DNA of 64,000 bases from an uncultured Subdoligranulum sp. (GTDB lineage: Bacteria > Bacillota > Clostridia > Christensenellales > CAG-314). Below, one piece after another: positions 19,303 through 28,975 of the stretch. The position numbers and the translations under genes are program-made. Every line of letters starts with the position of its first letter. Position 1 is the first letter of the stretch. The notes below the pieces were generated by a model. It was given only the letters and a program-made list of their open reading frames with translations, ran no database searches and was not told where the DNA came from. The stretch spans positions 6,878-70,877 of the forward strand of contig CABUZX010000004.1 in assembly GCA_902496185.1 (NCBI GenBank), read 5' to 3'.

Positions 19303-21555
19303 TTATTTTTTATTGAGGGAAGCGTAGTAATTCATCAAGCAACCTTCCAACAAAATTGTTTTTTCCGTATCGGTCAAGCCCTTAACGTGAAGCATAATAT
19401 CTTTTGCCGTGTTTCCGCTGATAAGTTTTGCAGGAATATTTTCCTTACCTTGGGCAATAGCCGTTTTAATATCGGGTACAAACACAAAGTCACCGACTTC
19501 GCCGACAAACTCCGCGTCCTTATCCAACGTAAATGGTACGATACCCCAGTTGATACAGTTGCTACGATAGCGTTTTGTTGCGTATTCGTAACAAATATTT
19601 GCATCGCCACCCAAAACCTTTTGACAACTTGCAGCTTGCTCTCTCGCGCTACCGTCACCGGGGCGGTTTGCAAATACGCAACTGCCAAAGCTTGTATTCT
19701 TTGCAAGGTCTTGCGCGTTTCCAACAACAGACAAAGCCTTTACAAGCTTTTCGTCAACGTTGCCTTGACGTCTTGCAAGGTCGATTTGCTTGATTTTTTT
19801 GCTACGACCGACGTATTCAGGCACTCTACGAGACAAAGCAAATTCGCTAAGCTTCAACGGATTGCTACGGTAACTACTTGTTTCTCCCGACGGAATAAGC
19901 TCGTCCGTAGTGGTAACGGGGTCACGAATAACTGCAGCCAACTCTACCAACATATTGTCTTGCATTTGATACATTTTGGGCCAGTCGGTAATGTTTGGTC
20001 CGAGTCTCAACGCTTCCGTCGGAATGGGTTTTTTGTAACCTTTGTAAAGACGCTTTTTGTAAACGTCTCCGTCAAATTCGTAAGCAGGTACGGTCTCGTC
20101 GTAATCCATTGCGCTTGCAGGCGTCAATACGCCACCGTTTGCTGCCGTTGCCGCAATACTGCGTGCGTCCATCAAAGCTACGCCACTGATTTGACCGTCC
20201 TTTGGTTTGCTACCTTCTCTATTGGGGAAGTTACGCGTGGTGTGTCTAATTGACAAACCGTTGTTACCGGGTACGTCGCCTGCGCCAAAGCAAGGACCGC
20301 AAAACGCCGTTTTGATAATAGCGCCTGCGCTCAACAAATCAGCAATAGAACCGTTTTTAGTCAATGCAATATTTACGGGCATACTTGCAGGATAAACTGA
20401 CAAAGCAAAATATCCGTTGCCGGTAGAACCGTTTTTAAGAATATTGCCTGCAAGACAAACATTTTCGTAAGAACCGCCCGCGCAACCTGCAATAATTCCT
20501 TGGTCAACCATAATCTTGCCGTCGACGAATTTTTCTTGCAAATTAAGCGAAACCTTTCCGCCGAATTGTTCTTGCGTGGATTTTTCCACCTCTGCAAAAA
20601 TATCTTTGGGATTTTTGACGAGTTCCGTTATAGGATAAGCGTTGCTCGGGTGATACGGCAAAGCAATCATACATTGAGCCTTGCTCAAATCAATCTTAAT
20701 TACGCTGTCGTAATAGGCAACTTTGTCGGGAGAAACTTGTTTGTAATCGTTTGCCTTTCCGTGGATTGCGTAATATTCCTTAACTTTGTCGTCCGTCTCC
20801 CAAATAGACGACAAGCAGGTTGTTTCCGTCGTCATAACGTCTACGCCGTTACGAAAGTCAACGCTGAGATTTTTGATACCGGGGCCAACAAACTCCAACA
20901 CTTTGTTGTTGACAAAACCGTTTGCAAACACTTCCTTTACGAGTGAAACGGCAATATCGTGAGGACCTACGCCGTGAGGTACTTCGCCCTCTACCCAAAC
21001 CAACACTACGTCGGGTTGCGGTACGTCGTAAGTATTGTTCAACAACTGCTTAACAAGTTCCGGACCGCCTTCGCCAATACCCATAGTGCCCAACGCGCCG
21101 TAACGAGTATGAGAGTCGCTACCCAAAATCATACCACCGCATTTAACCATTGCTTCTCTTGCAAATTGGTGAATAACCGCTTGGTTTACGGGGACGTAAA
21201 TTCCACCGTACTTTTTTGCTGCAGACAAACCAAAAATATGGTCGTCTTCGTTAATCGTACCGCCTACCGCGCACAGACTGTTGTGGCAGTTGGTCATTGC
21301 GTATGGCAATGGAAACTCTTTGAGTCCGCTTGCGCGCGCCGTTTGAATAATACCTACGTAGGTAATGTCGTGTGAAACCAACGCGTCAAACTTGATTTTG
21401 AGTTTGCCTTGTTCTGTACCGACGTTGTGCGCGTTAAGAATTTGATACGCCATCGTGCCTTGACGGGCTTGTTGTTTGTCGGGCATATTGGGGGTATTTG
21501 ACTCCACCAATTTTCCGTCAACAAGATATGCGCCTTCGCTGAAAAGTGTAATCAT
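19303..21555 (-). CDS. Aconitate hydratase (aconitase family, 750 aa)
   Basis: GSDSHT, the Fe-S ligand context CGPCFGAG, and a C-terminal swivel domain (DGSAREQAA). Confidence 0.88.
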   Translation of the reverse strand: MITLFSEGAYLVDGKLVESNTPNMPDKQQARQGTMAYQILNAHNVGTEQGKLKIKFDALVSHDITYVGIIQTARASGLKEFPLPYAMTNCHNSLCAVGGTINEDDHIFGLSAAKKYGGIYVPVNQAVIHQFAREAMVKCGGMILGSDSHTRYGALGTMGIGEGGPELVKQLLNNTYDVPQPDVVLVWVEGEVPHGVGPHDIAVSLVKEVFANGFVNNKVLEFVGPGIKNLSVDFRNGVDVMTTETTCLSSIWETDDKVKEYYAIHGKANDYKQVSPDKVAYYDSVIKIDLSKAQCMIALPYHPSNAYPITELVKNPKDIFAEVEKSTQEQFGGKVSLNLQEKFVDGKIMVDQGIIAGCAGGSYENVCLAGNILKNGSTGNGYFALSVYPASMPVNIALTKNGSIADLLSAGAIIKTAFCGPCFGAGDVPGNNGLSIRHTTRNFPNREGSKPKDGQISGVALMDARSIAATAANGGVLTPASAMDYDETVPAYEFDGDVYKKRLYKGYKKPIPTEALRLGPNITDWPKMYQMQDNMLVELAAVIRDPVTTTDELIPSGETSSYRSNPLKLSEFALSRRVPEYVGRSKKIKQIDLARRQGNVDEKLVKALSVVGNAQDLAKNTSFGSCVFANRPGDGSAREQAASCQKVLGGDANICYEYATKRYRSNCINWGIVPFTLDKDAEFVGEVGDFVFVPDIKTAIAQGKENIPAKLISGNTAKDIMLHVKGLTDTEKTILLEGCLMNYYASLNKK

Positions 21556-21606
21556 TTGTTTAACTCCTTTTTTTGGGGATAAGTTATCGCCTTTTTATTT
21601 TTTGTT

Positions 21607-22479
21607 TTATTTATTTTCCCTTTTAGGGGAATTGTTTTTAAAATTTATTTCAAATTCTTCCAAGCCGTCTAAAAACAGCGTCAAACCCAACATATCCGCG
21701 CTACCGCCACAGCTTATATTGAGATTTATAAACCAATCTTCCGTTTCCTTTGCTTTTTGTTCGTCAAAATCAAGATATAAATCCCTACACTTGTTTTGCG
21801 CCAAAGCCAAAGTTTTTTCGTCGGAACGATACAAAATATTGGTGTCGTCCGTTTTGCTGACCACGTAAGCCAACAATCTGGTTTTTGCAAGGTCATAGTT
21901 TTCCGTTTGGGTTTTTATTTGTTTCCATATCGGCAAAAAATTCTCTACCGATTCCAAAAAACCGCGTTCAGCCGAGCCTCTTGCGCCTGATACGGAATAT
22001 TTTGCGTACATTTTTTCGCCGTGAGTTGTCGGCGACAAAGTATTCGTAAGTTCTCTCTTGCAAATACCTTTGCAAATTTTTGCAATAACTTTACTGCAGT
22101 TTTGGGGAGAAAAACTTTCACCCCGACCAACAAGCCAACCTATAGCCACACAAAACAACCCTATGCAAAACAAAGCTCCTTTGTGCGTATTTGAACCGTT
22201 GGTTGCTTTAAACATTGCCTTTTCGCTTTCCAAGCCGACTTTACGCGCTTCGTTAAGCAAATTTTCCAACGGCGCGTTAAATTCAAAACCCACTTTCACC
22301 AACGCCACAAACCCGTCGTAAAGCGAATTTATGCTTTTTTTCATCAACTCAAAGTCAAGATCGTCGTGACTGCCGTTGTGCGAGGGACATACCAGCCCAA
22401 ATTTGACAGACGTATTTAATTCCTCCGTCAAAGCGTTTGTGGCAAGGTCTGCCACGTTATTAAAAAACTCAACAATCAT
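21607..22479 (-). CDS. citG: Triphosphoribosyl-dephospho-CoA synthase
   Basis: CitG/MdcB family pattern (NTHKGALF, SGARG) and its position in the cit cluster. Confidence 0.8.
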   Translation of the reverse strand: MIVEFFNNVADLATNALTEELNTSVKFGLVCPSHNGSHDDLDFELMKKSINSLYDGFVALVKVGFEFNAPLENLLNEARKVGLESEKAMFKATNGSNTHKGALFCIGLFCVAIGWLVGRGESFSPQNCSKVIAKICKGICKRELTNTLSPTTHGEKMYAKYSVSGARGSAERGFLESVENFLPIWKQIKTQTENYDLAKTRLLAYVVSKTDDTNILYRSDEKTLALAQNKCRDLYLDFDEQKAKETEDWFINLNISCGGSADMLGLTLFLDGLEEFEINFKNNSPKRENK

Positions 22480-23500
22480 TTTGATTTTTTTGTCTTAAGT
22501 AATTGCTTTGTTCGCTCTTTAAAAAATCCAAAGTACTCTTAGGAACAATTTTTTGAATTGCCCCAAAGTCGCCTTCTTTAATTTTACGCCTTACTGTAGA
22601 CGCCGAAATAGTTTCGTCGTCATACTTAAGCCTATCAACTTCCACAAGCTCAACGGCGTATTTTTTCAAAACGGCTTTTAACTGAACGTTATAATCCGCC
22701 GTCACCACGTCGGTAGGCTCATGCCCTACAAATCTTTGCGTTACGTTTAGCGCCGGCGCAATAAATCTGCCGAATACGTCGGCGTCTATTTGCGCGCAGT
22801 TTTTGTCTACAAGCCCCCTTTCTTTTAAAAAATAATTGGGGAAAGTCGCCTGCGAAACTATATAGTCTCCGCCGTCAAGAATAGTTACGTCGTCAAAATC
22901 ACTCAATCCTTGCTCAACGAGCGCTTTGCGGTGACGGAATCTAACTTCCGACTTGTCCGTTTGCACCACAAACACAAAAACGTGGTCGGAAGATTGCCTT
23001 GCTTTTTGCACCAAATACCTGTGCCCCAACGTAAAAGGATTTGCGTTCATAACTATTGCGCTGATTTTGCCGTCCCGTTTAAACTCCTGAAGTTTTTTGC
23101 AAAAGTTTTTTATCCCTCTCGGATGGCTTTCCAACAAAACGGCGTCCTCTGACACGCCTACGGTATAAAAAGCAAGATTTTCAAAAATTTCTTTATTATC
23201 TATTTTTGTATAAACGAATATATTGGTTTCACCGCGAAAAATCAGCTCCTCGCGCAAATGCGAAACTATTACGTTGGTAAGGTTTAAACTGCGCGCGGAT
23301 TTGTCTACGGCAACGTATTTAATTACGTTTTCGCTAAAACCTCCGCCGGCAAGCATCTTGTCTCCGTCAAAAACTCCGCAGTAATAATCCGCCTCCTCCA
23401 TCTTAAGACCGTTGGACGCGCAAAAATCTTCCACCTGCGTTCTTGTTTTTCTGTCGTCCAAAAATAATCTTGTAACGACGAGATTTTTGTCGGTAAACAT
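22469..23500 (-). CDS. citC: [Citrate (pro-3S)-lyase] ligase
   Basis: N-terminal GNAT-like region plus the cytidylyltransferase-type NANPFTLGHRYLV motif. Overlaps citG by 11 nt. Confidence 0.85.
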   Translation of the reverse strand: MFTDKNLVVTRLFLDDRKTRTQVEDFCASNGLKMEEADYYCGVFDGDKMLAGGGFSENVIKYVAVDKSARSLNLTNVIVSHLREELIFRGETNIFVYTKIDNKEIFENLAFYTVGVSEDAVLLESHPRGIKNFCKKLQEFKRDGKISAIVMNANPFTLGHRYLVQKARQSSDHVFVFVVQTDKSEVRFRHRKALVEQGLSDFDDVTILDGGDYIVSQATFPNYFLKERGLVDKNCAQIDADVFGRFIAPALNVTQRFVGHEPTDVVTADYNVQLKAVLKKYAVELVEVDRLKYDDETISASTVRRKIKEGDFGAIQKIVPKSTLDFLKSEQSNYLRQKNQNDC

Positions 23501-23530
23501 CTTAACCTCCGGAGCGTAATTGACGCAACC

Positions 23531-24115
23531 TTAGCTCAATCCGTTGGATTGCAACGCAAATTTTTCTATTTTTGCGTCGGTAAAATCCTTCAACTCCTGC
23601 GTTGAGTGACGACGCAAAATATAGCACTCTCGCGCGTCAAAATCGCACAACAAACACTTCCGCGGAGAAATACCCAATTCCTCCCTACCTATTTGTTTGC
23701 CGTCGACGTCAAAAACGTCTATATCCATAAACCTACCGAGCGGATGCGTTTGCTCTACTTCGCACAGTATACGCTTTGCCGTTTTTGCCGAGGTTTTGGT
23801 CACAAAAAAACCTTCTTCGCCCGTCTCAAACAAATTGACGGCAAAATAATCCACGGGGAGCAATTTTAAAATTTGCTTTACTCCCTCGTTGAAAACAATT
23901 TTCGTGTTGGCGTTTGACTTTGTTTGCCCAACGTAGTTTACGAGCAAACAAACCAACGTTAAACCAAAAGTATTTATCAGCCGTTGTTGAGTAAGACTGC
24001 GTTTTTCCTTTGCGTCCAAAAGCCTTTGTAGCTTAATTTCGCCTCCGCTCTTTGTTTTGTCTACAAAAACGACGTCTTTTTGCCAACAACTTAAAAACAA
24101 ATTATTCTCCGTCAT
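23531..24115 (-). CDS. citX: Apo-citrate lyase phosphoribosyl-dephospho-CoA transferase (holo-ACP synthase)
   Basis: The size and position between citF and citC fit CitX. The call rests mainly on context plus weak family resemblance. Confidence 0.65.
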   Translation of the reverse strand: MTENNLFLSCWQKDVVFVDKTKSGGEIKLQRLLDAKEKRSLTQQRLINTFGLTLVCLLVNYVGQTKSNANTKIVFNEGVKQILKLLPVDYFAVNLFETGEEGFFVTKTSAKTAKRILCEVEQTHPLGRFMDIDVFDVDGKQIGREELGISPRKCLLCDFDARECYILRRHSTQELKDFTDAKIEKFALQSNGLS

Positions 24116-25712
24116 TTACGTTGTAAATAACGTCCAAAATAGCGCCGTCTCTACTTGTAACTACGCCGACGACCTTATTTCCCCACGGAAGCTCTTCGGG
24201 TTTGCCGACGATACGCTCTGCGCGTTCCTTAAGTTCTGCAATATCAACAACGGGCAAGTTTGCAGCAACGAGTCTTTCCTTTACTTCGGGACGACGCGGA
24301 TTGACTGCAATACCTTGGTCGGTTACTATTACGTCAACGCTGTCACCAGGAGTGACTACCGTATTTACCTTGTCAACTACGCAAGGTATGCGTCCCCTCA
24401 AAAGAGGACATACGATAATGGACAACGCCGCGCCTGCAGCCGTATCCGGGTGACCGCCTATTGCGCCCCTGATTACGCCGTCGCTACCCGTCAAAACGTT
24501 GACGTTAAAATTGACGTCGCATTCAAGCGCCGACAAGATGACTATATCCAAAAGATTCATTGCGCTACCCTTTTCAAACGGGTCGGCGTAATAATCCGCA
24601 GAAATTTGTTGATGGAAACGGTTGTTTTTGAGACTTTGCGCCGCAATAAGGTCAAAACTTTGTACGTCCAAAAGTTTTTTGATAAGACCTTCTTCGTGCA
24701 AGGCAACCATTTGTCCCGTAATACCGCCCAAGGCGTAACTTGCTTGTATACCGTTTGCAATCATATAATCCTTTATAAATCTCGTAACGGCGAGACTTGC
24801 GCCACCGCTACCCGTTTGCAAACTGAATCCCGATTTGAAATATCCGCTGTTTACGACGACTTGCGCGGCAGTTTGAGCCAACAACAAATCGTGTGGGTTG
24901 GTAGTAAAGCGCGTTGCTCCGCTACTGATTTTGCTTGCGTCGCCAACCTCGTCCACCTTTACGATATAATCGACGTTGCTTTCGGCTATAGCAAACGGAG
25001 TGTTAGGATACCCCACTATATTGTCCGTCAAAATAACAACGTTGTCGGCGTACATACTATCTACTATTGCATACCCCAAACTACCGCACACGGACTTTTC
25101 TTCGCCGTCGCGAGAATATCCGTTTGCATTACCCATATAGTCGCAACTGCTTGCGCCCAAAAAGGCAACGTCGATATGAAGTTGACCTTCTTTAATGGCG
25201 GCGGCTCTACCACCGTGGCTACGGAATACAACTGGTTCTTCCATAATACCGTGGCTTATTTCGTCGGCAAGTTTGCCTCTTAGTCCACTCGTATTGATAC
25301 TCTTTATAACGCCATTTTTGATGTGTTTTGCAAGTGGCGCGTGCACGTCGCTCAAACTACTCGGCGCAATGTGCAAATTTTTAAAGCCCATTTCCGCCAA
25401 TTTGTCAATGACCATATTTACAACGTGGTCGCCTTCTCTAAAGTGATGGTGGAAGGAAATCGTCATACCGTCTTTGAGACCGCATTTAACTATTGCCTGC
25501 TCCAACGTAACGATTTTGTCGCTGTTTTTTTGCATTTCGTTTCTGCTGGAACGATCACGTGGTCTTACTCTCGGATTCCACCCCTCGTGATAAGCCGGCA
25601 TATTGTATTTTTTGATAATTTCACAAGGAATTCGAGTATTTACGTCGGTACACTCCACCGTATTATTTGTATTGACTGCTTTTGTTTGCGTCTTTTCTGT
25701 CGTTTTGCCCAT
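24102..25712 (-). CDS. citF: Citrate lyase alpha subunit (citrate CoA-transferase)
   Basis: A long CoA-transferase fold with MTISFHHHFREGD near the N-terminus, typical of CitF. The ATG at 25712 (MGKTTEK) follows a GAGGGAAAC RBS. Confidence 0.9.
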   Translation of the reverse strand: MGKTTEKTQTKAVNTNNTVECTDVNTRIPCEIIKKYNMPAYHEGWNPRVRPRDRSSRNEMQKNSDKIVTLEQAIVKCGLKDGMTISFHHHFREGDHVVNMVIDKLAEMGFKNLHIAPSSLSDVHAPLAKHIKNGVIKSINTSGLRGKLADEISHGIMEEPVVFRSHGGRAAAIKEGQLHIDVAFLGASSCDYMGNANGYSRDGEEKSVCGSLGYAIVDSMYADNVVILTDNIVGYPNTPFAIAESNVDYIVKVDEVGDASKISSGATRFTTNPHDLLLAQTAAQVVVNSGYFKSGFSLQTGSGGASLAVTRFIKDYMIANGIQASYALGGITGQMVALHEEGLIKKLLDVQSFDLIAAQSLKNNRFHQQISADYYADPFEKGSAMNLLDIVILSALECDVNFNVNVLTGSDGVIRGAIGGHPDTAAGAALSIIVCPLLRGRIPCVVDKVNTVVTPGDSVDVIVTDQGIAVNPRRPEVKERLVAANLPVVDIAELKERAERIVGKPEELPWGNKVVGVVTSRDGAILDVIYNVNDGE

Positions 25713-25729
25713 TTTTGTTTCCCTCACTT

Positions 25730-26611
25730 TTAGTCCACTACGATATGCACTGCGCGCGCAAAATCAAGAGTGCGTTGAGCCCTTATTACTACGGGCTTGT
25801 CAATCATTTTGCCGTTGAGCGAAATAACGCCGCTACCCTTTGCTTCTGCCTCTTTTAAAGCCGCAACTATACGCTTTGCCTTTTCTATTTCGGCAGGAGT
25901 GGGAGTAAACACTTCGTTTACCGGTCCTATTTGACGCGGATTGATGATAGATTTGCCGTCAAAGCCCAGCTGTTTGATAAAGCGGACTTCATTTTTAAAA
26001 GCTTCCATATCGTTAAGGTCGGAAAAAACCGTATCCAATGCGTCGATACCTGCGGCGCGCGCTGCAACCACTATGGTTTGACGAGCAAGCAATAATTCCG
26101 TACCCTCTCTACTTCTTTGAGTTTTGAGATTTGCGCAATAATCTTCCGCGCCGAGAGCAATACCCATCATACGCTTGCTTGCCGTTGCAATTGCATAAGC
26201 GTTGACTACGCCCAAAGCAGATTCTATGGCCGCCATAATAAGGGTAGAACCTACTTCCTTTCCTATTTCCCTTTCAACGCGTTCTATCTCCGCCTCAAGG
26301 TCCTTTACTTCCTGCGCGGTTTCCGTTTTGGGCATTCTGATTACTTGAACGCCGGCTTTAACCATTGCCTCTACGTCTTGTTTGCCGTAAGGGGTAGAAA
26401 GCGGGTTGATTCTTACAACCTTTTCTACCGCGCCGTAATTTATAGTCTTTAACGCGTGATAAACTAACATACGCGCAGAATCTTTTTCGTTTATGCTGAC
26501 GGAGTCTTCCAGGTCAAACATTATACTGTCCGGTCCGTAAATATGCGCGTCACGCATCATACTTGGATTGTTTCCCGGAACAAACATCATAGTACGTCTC
26601 AATCTTTTCAT
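25730..26611 (-). CDS. citE: Citrate lyase beta subunit (citryl-CoA lyase)
   Basis: RRTMMFVPGNNP and FDLEDSV motifs of the HpcH/CitE family. I chose the start at ATG 26611 (MKRLRR). Confidence 0.9.
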   Translation of the reverse strand: MKRLRRTMMFVPGNNPSMMRDAHIYGPDSIMFDLEDSVSINEKDSARMLVYHALKTINYGAVEKVVRINPLSTPYGKQDVEAMVKAGVQVIRMPKTETAQEVKDLEAEIERVEREIGKEVGSTLIMAAIESALGVVNAYAIATASKRMMGIALGAEDYCANLKTQRSREGTELLLARQTIVVAARAAGIDALDTVFSDLNDMEAFKNEVRFIKQLGFDGKSIINPRQIGPVNEVFTPTPAEIEKAKRIVAALKEAEAKGSGVISLNGKMIDKPVVIRAQRTLDFARAVHIVVD

Positions 26612-26681
26612 ACTTATACCTTCTTTATCCGTTTGGAATGTTTTTAATATGTTTGTGTTTAAACACAAAAAAAGTCGGATA

Positions 26682-26969
26682 TTAGTCCCACTTTGGTTGC
26701 GTAACCCCGCAAGCCCTGTACGCGGCGACCTTTACTCTTGCTTTAATCGTGCAATCAAGAGCGCCTTTGTCCGTTGCGTCTACCACGACGCCGTCCACGC
26801 CAAGCTCTGTAAGAGTATCGACGATAACTTGCTTAATTCTTTTGCCAAACTGATTGGCAACCGTGCTTTTAAGGTTGACTTCTATACCTTTTTTATCCGC
26901 CTTGTCCAACATGACAAGAATATCACCCGACTCAAGAGTGCCTGCCGTAGCGGAATTTAAGAACTCCAT
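26682..26969 (-). CDS. citD: Citrate lyase acyl carrier protein (gamma subunit)
   Basis: AGTLESGDILV contains the prosthetic-group serine context; 95 aa. Confidence 0.9.
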   Translation of the reverse strand: MEFLNSATAGTLESGDILVMLDKADKKGIEVNLKSTVANQFGKRIKQVIVDTLTELGVDGVVVDATDKGALDCTIKARVKVAAYRACGVTQPKWD

Positions 26970-27145
26970 TGTTTCTCCTCCTTAAAAAAACGTTATAAAA
27001 ATCCGTTTTTACTACATAGTTTTCTTTATACCCCATTATAGCTTTCGTCGTCAAAAAACGCAACTGTTTAAACTAAAATTTATTATATTTATTGCCTGCG
27101 CCAACCCCCAAACCTACAAACAAACAAAAAATATAACGGCTAAAA

Positions 27146-27174
27146 TTGACAAAATCTTTAAAGAGGGTTATACT
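27146..27174 (+). promoter_or_regulatory. Sigma-A type promoter of argS
   Basis: TTGACA (27146-27151), a 17-nt spacer and TATACT (27169-27174), about 30 nt upstream of the ATG. Confidence 0.5.
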
Positions 27175-27204
27175 GTAACAAAAACCACAAAAACGGAGAT
27201 TTTT

Positions 27205-28884
27205 ATGGACATCAAAGCATTGTTGGCAAAAAGTATAGTCTTGCCAAACGTAACTACGGAGGAAATTTATTCGCTAATCAAAAAAGCAGACGGGGTTCAA
27301 GCGGATTACGCCCTACCCTGCTTTAAGTTTGCAAAAACGTTGGGATTAGCCCCCCAAAAAATAGCCGAAGATTTAATCAAGTCTATTACGACCGACGGAG
27401 CAATAAAGCAAGCGCAGGCTGTCAACGGATATTTCAATATTTTTCTTAACAGAGATTATTTTCAAAAGCAAATTCTTGCAAACGTCGCCGACGGAAACCT
27501 TTTTGACGACACCGTAGGCAAGGGCAAAACGGTATGTATAGATTATAGCAGTATCAACATTGCAAAGCCTTTTCATATAGGTCACCTTGGCACTACCGCA
27601 ATAGGTAGCGCTCTTTACAAGACTTACAAGGCGTTGGGCTACAACGTCGTAGGTATCAATCACTTGGGAGACTGGGGCACGCAATTTGGCAAACTAATAG
27701 TTGCATACGACCTTTGGGGAGACAAAAAAACCATTGACGAAGGCGGAGTACGCGCCTTGCAAGAAATTTACGTGCGTTTTCACAAGGAGGAAGAAACAAA
27801 CCCCGCGCTGACAGACAAAGCGCGCGAGTGGTTTGCAAAAATAGAAAAAGGCGACAAACGCGCCTTGGAGCTTTTTGAATACTTCAAAAAAATTACCCTG
27901 GACGAAGTAAAACAAGTTTACCAAAGACTCAACGTAACCTTCGACAGCTGGAACGGCGAAAGTTTTTATAACGACAAAATGCAACCCGTACTTGATTTGC
28001 TTAAAGAAAAAGGACTGACGGAAGTCTCCGACGGAGCAACGGTAGTCAATCTCGACGAATACAATATGCCCCCCTGTCTTTTGGTCAAGGCCGACGGCGC
28101 AACTCTTTACGCCACGCGCGACCTTGCAGCGGCAAAGTACCGCCACGACACCTACAACTTTGACAAATGCCTTTACGTTGTGGCTTATCAACAAAATCTC
28201 CACTTTAAACAGTTTTTTAAAGTGCTGGAACTTGCCGGCTTTGACTGGGCTGACAAGATGGAACACGTTGCTTACGGTATGGTTTCTTTAGCGGACGGCT
28301 CTATGAGTACGCGCAAGGGCAACGCGGTGTGGTTGAGCGACGTTCTTGACAAGGCCGTTGCAAAAGCAAAAGATATTATATTGCAAAAAAATTCCGAACT
28401 AAAAAACAAGGACGCTATAGCCGAGCAAGTAGGCGTTGGCGCGGTTATTTTTTCCGCTCTCGCCAACGGAAGAATAAAGGATATAGTCTTTGATTACGAC
28501 AGAGTACTCAACTTTGACGGCGAAACAGCCCCCTATTTGCAATATACCCACGCAAGATGTTGCAGTATCGTAGCAAAGGCGGACAAACTCGATTTTGATA
28601 AGATAAACGTGGGCGACCTTGTAGGCGACGAATCCTGGGAGACGGTAAAAATGCTCAACGAATTTGGCGACGTGTTAGTCTCCGTTACCGACAAAAACGA
28701 ACCGTCCATTTTGTCCAACTACCTTTTGAACCTTGCGCAGTCCTTTAACCGCTTTTACCTATTAAACAGGGTAATCGACAACGGAAAAACCTGCCACGCA
28801 AGACTTGCCGTAGCGCAGAGTATTCAAAAAGTTTTGCAAAAGGGCTTGCAACTTTTGGGTATTTCCGCCCCCGAAAAAATGTAA
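27205..28884 (+). CDS. argS: Arginine--tRNA ligase
   Basis: The class-I HIGH motif in PFHIGHLGTT, the MSTRKG (KMSK-like) motif, and a C-terminal DALR anticodon-binding region. Confidence 0.95.
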   Translation: MDIKALLAKSIVLPNVTTEEIYSLIKKADGVQADYALPCFKFAKTLGLAPQKIAEDLIKSITTDGAIKQAQAVNGYFNIFLNRDYFQKQILANVADGNLFDDTVGKGKTVCIDYSSINIAKPFHIGHLGTTAIGSALYKTYKALGYNVVGINHLGDWGTQFGKLIVAYDLWGDKKTIDEGGVRALQEIYVRFHKEEETNPALTDKAREWFAKIEKGDKRALELFEYFKKITLDEVKQVYQRLNVTFDSWNGESFYNDKMQPVLDLLKEKGLTEVSDGATVVNLDEYNMPPCLLVKADGATLYATRDLAAAKYRHDTYNFDKCLYVVAYQQNLHFKQFFKVLELAGFDWADKMEHVAYGMVSLADGSMSTRKGNAVWLSDVLDKAVAKAKDIILQKNSELKNKDAIAEQVGVGAVIFSALANGRIKDIVFDYDRVLNFDGETAPYLQYTHARCCSIVAKADKLDFDKINVGDLVGDESWETVKMLNEFGDVLVSVTDKNEPSILSNYLLNLAQSFNRFYLLNRVIDNGKTCHARLAVAQSIQKVLQKGLQLLGISAPEKM

Positions 28885-28900
28885 TCTGAAAAGAAAGTAT

Positions 28901-28939
28901 AAAAAAACGAGTTTGGTTTTTTGCCAAACTCGTTTTTTG
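28901..28939. terminator. Bidirectional terminator between argS and the antiporter gene
   Basis: AAAAAAACGAGTTTGG-loop-CCAAACTCGTTTTTTG. Confidence 0.65.
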
Positions 28940-28975
28940 TCATTGTAAATTGCTCTTTAATCAATTATTTTATCC

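Noticed and set aside
18339-20253. Two long plus-strand ORFs (18339-19316, 325 aa; 19252-20253, 333 aa) antisense to icd and aconitase.
   Set aside because: - Both lie entirely opposite genes with unambiguous enzyme motifs.
- Their translations are low-complexity, rich in Cys, Phe, Val and Arg, with no motifs or RBS.
- They are typical shadow ORFs of strongly codon-biased genes.
24057-25283. A 408-aa plus-strand ORF antisense to citF.
   Set aside because: It has the same shadow-ORF character as the others: no RBS, no recognisable domain, and citF on the other strand is clearly genuine.
26970-27204. A T-box leader upstream of argS.
   Set aside because: - I could not find a T-box sequence (AAnnnGGGTGGTACCGCG-like), a specifier loop or a terminator/antiterminator pair.
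- A consensus promoter sits only about 30 nt from the start codon, leaving no room for a leader.
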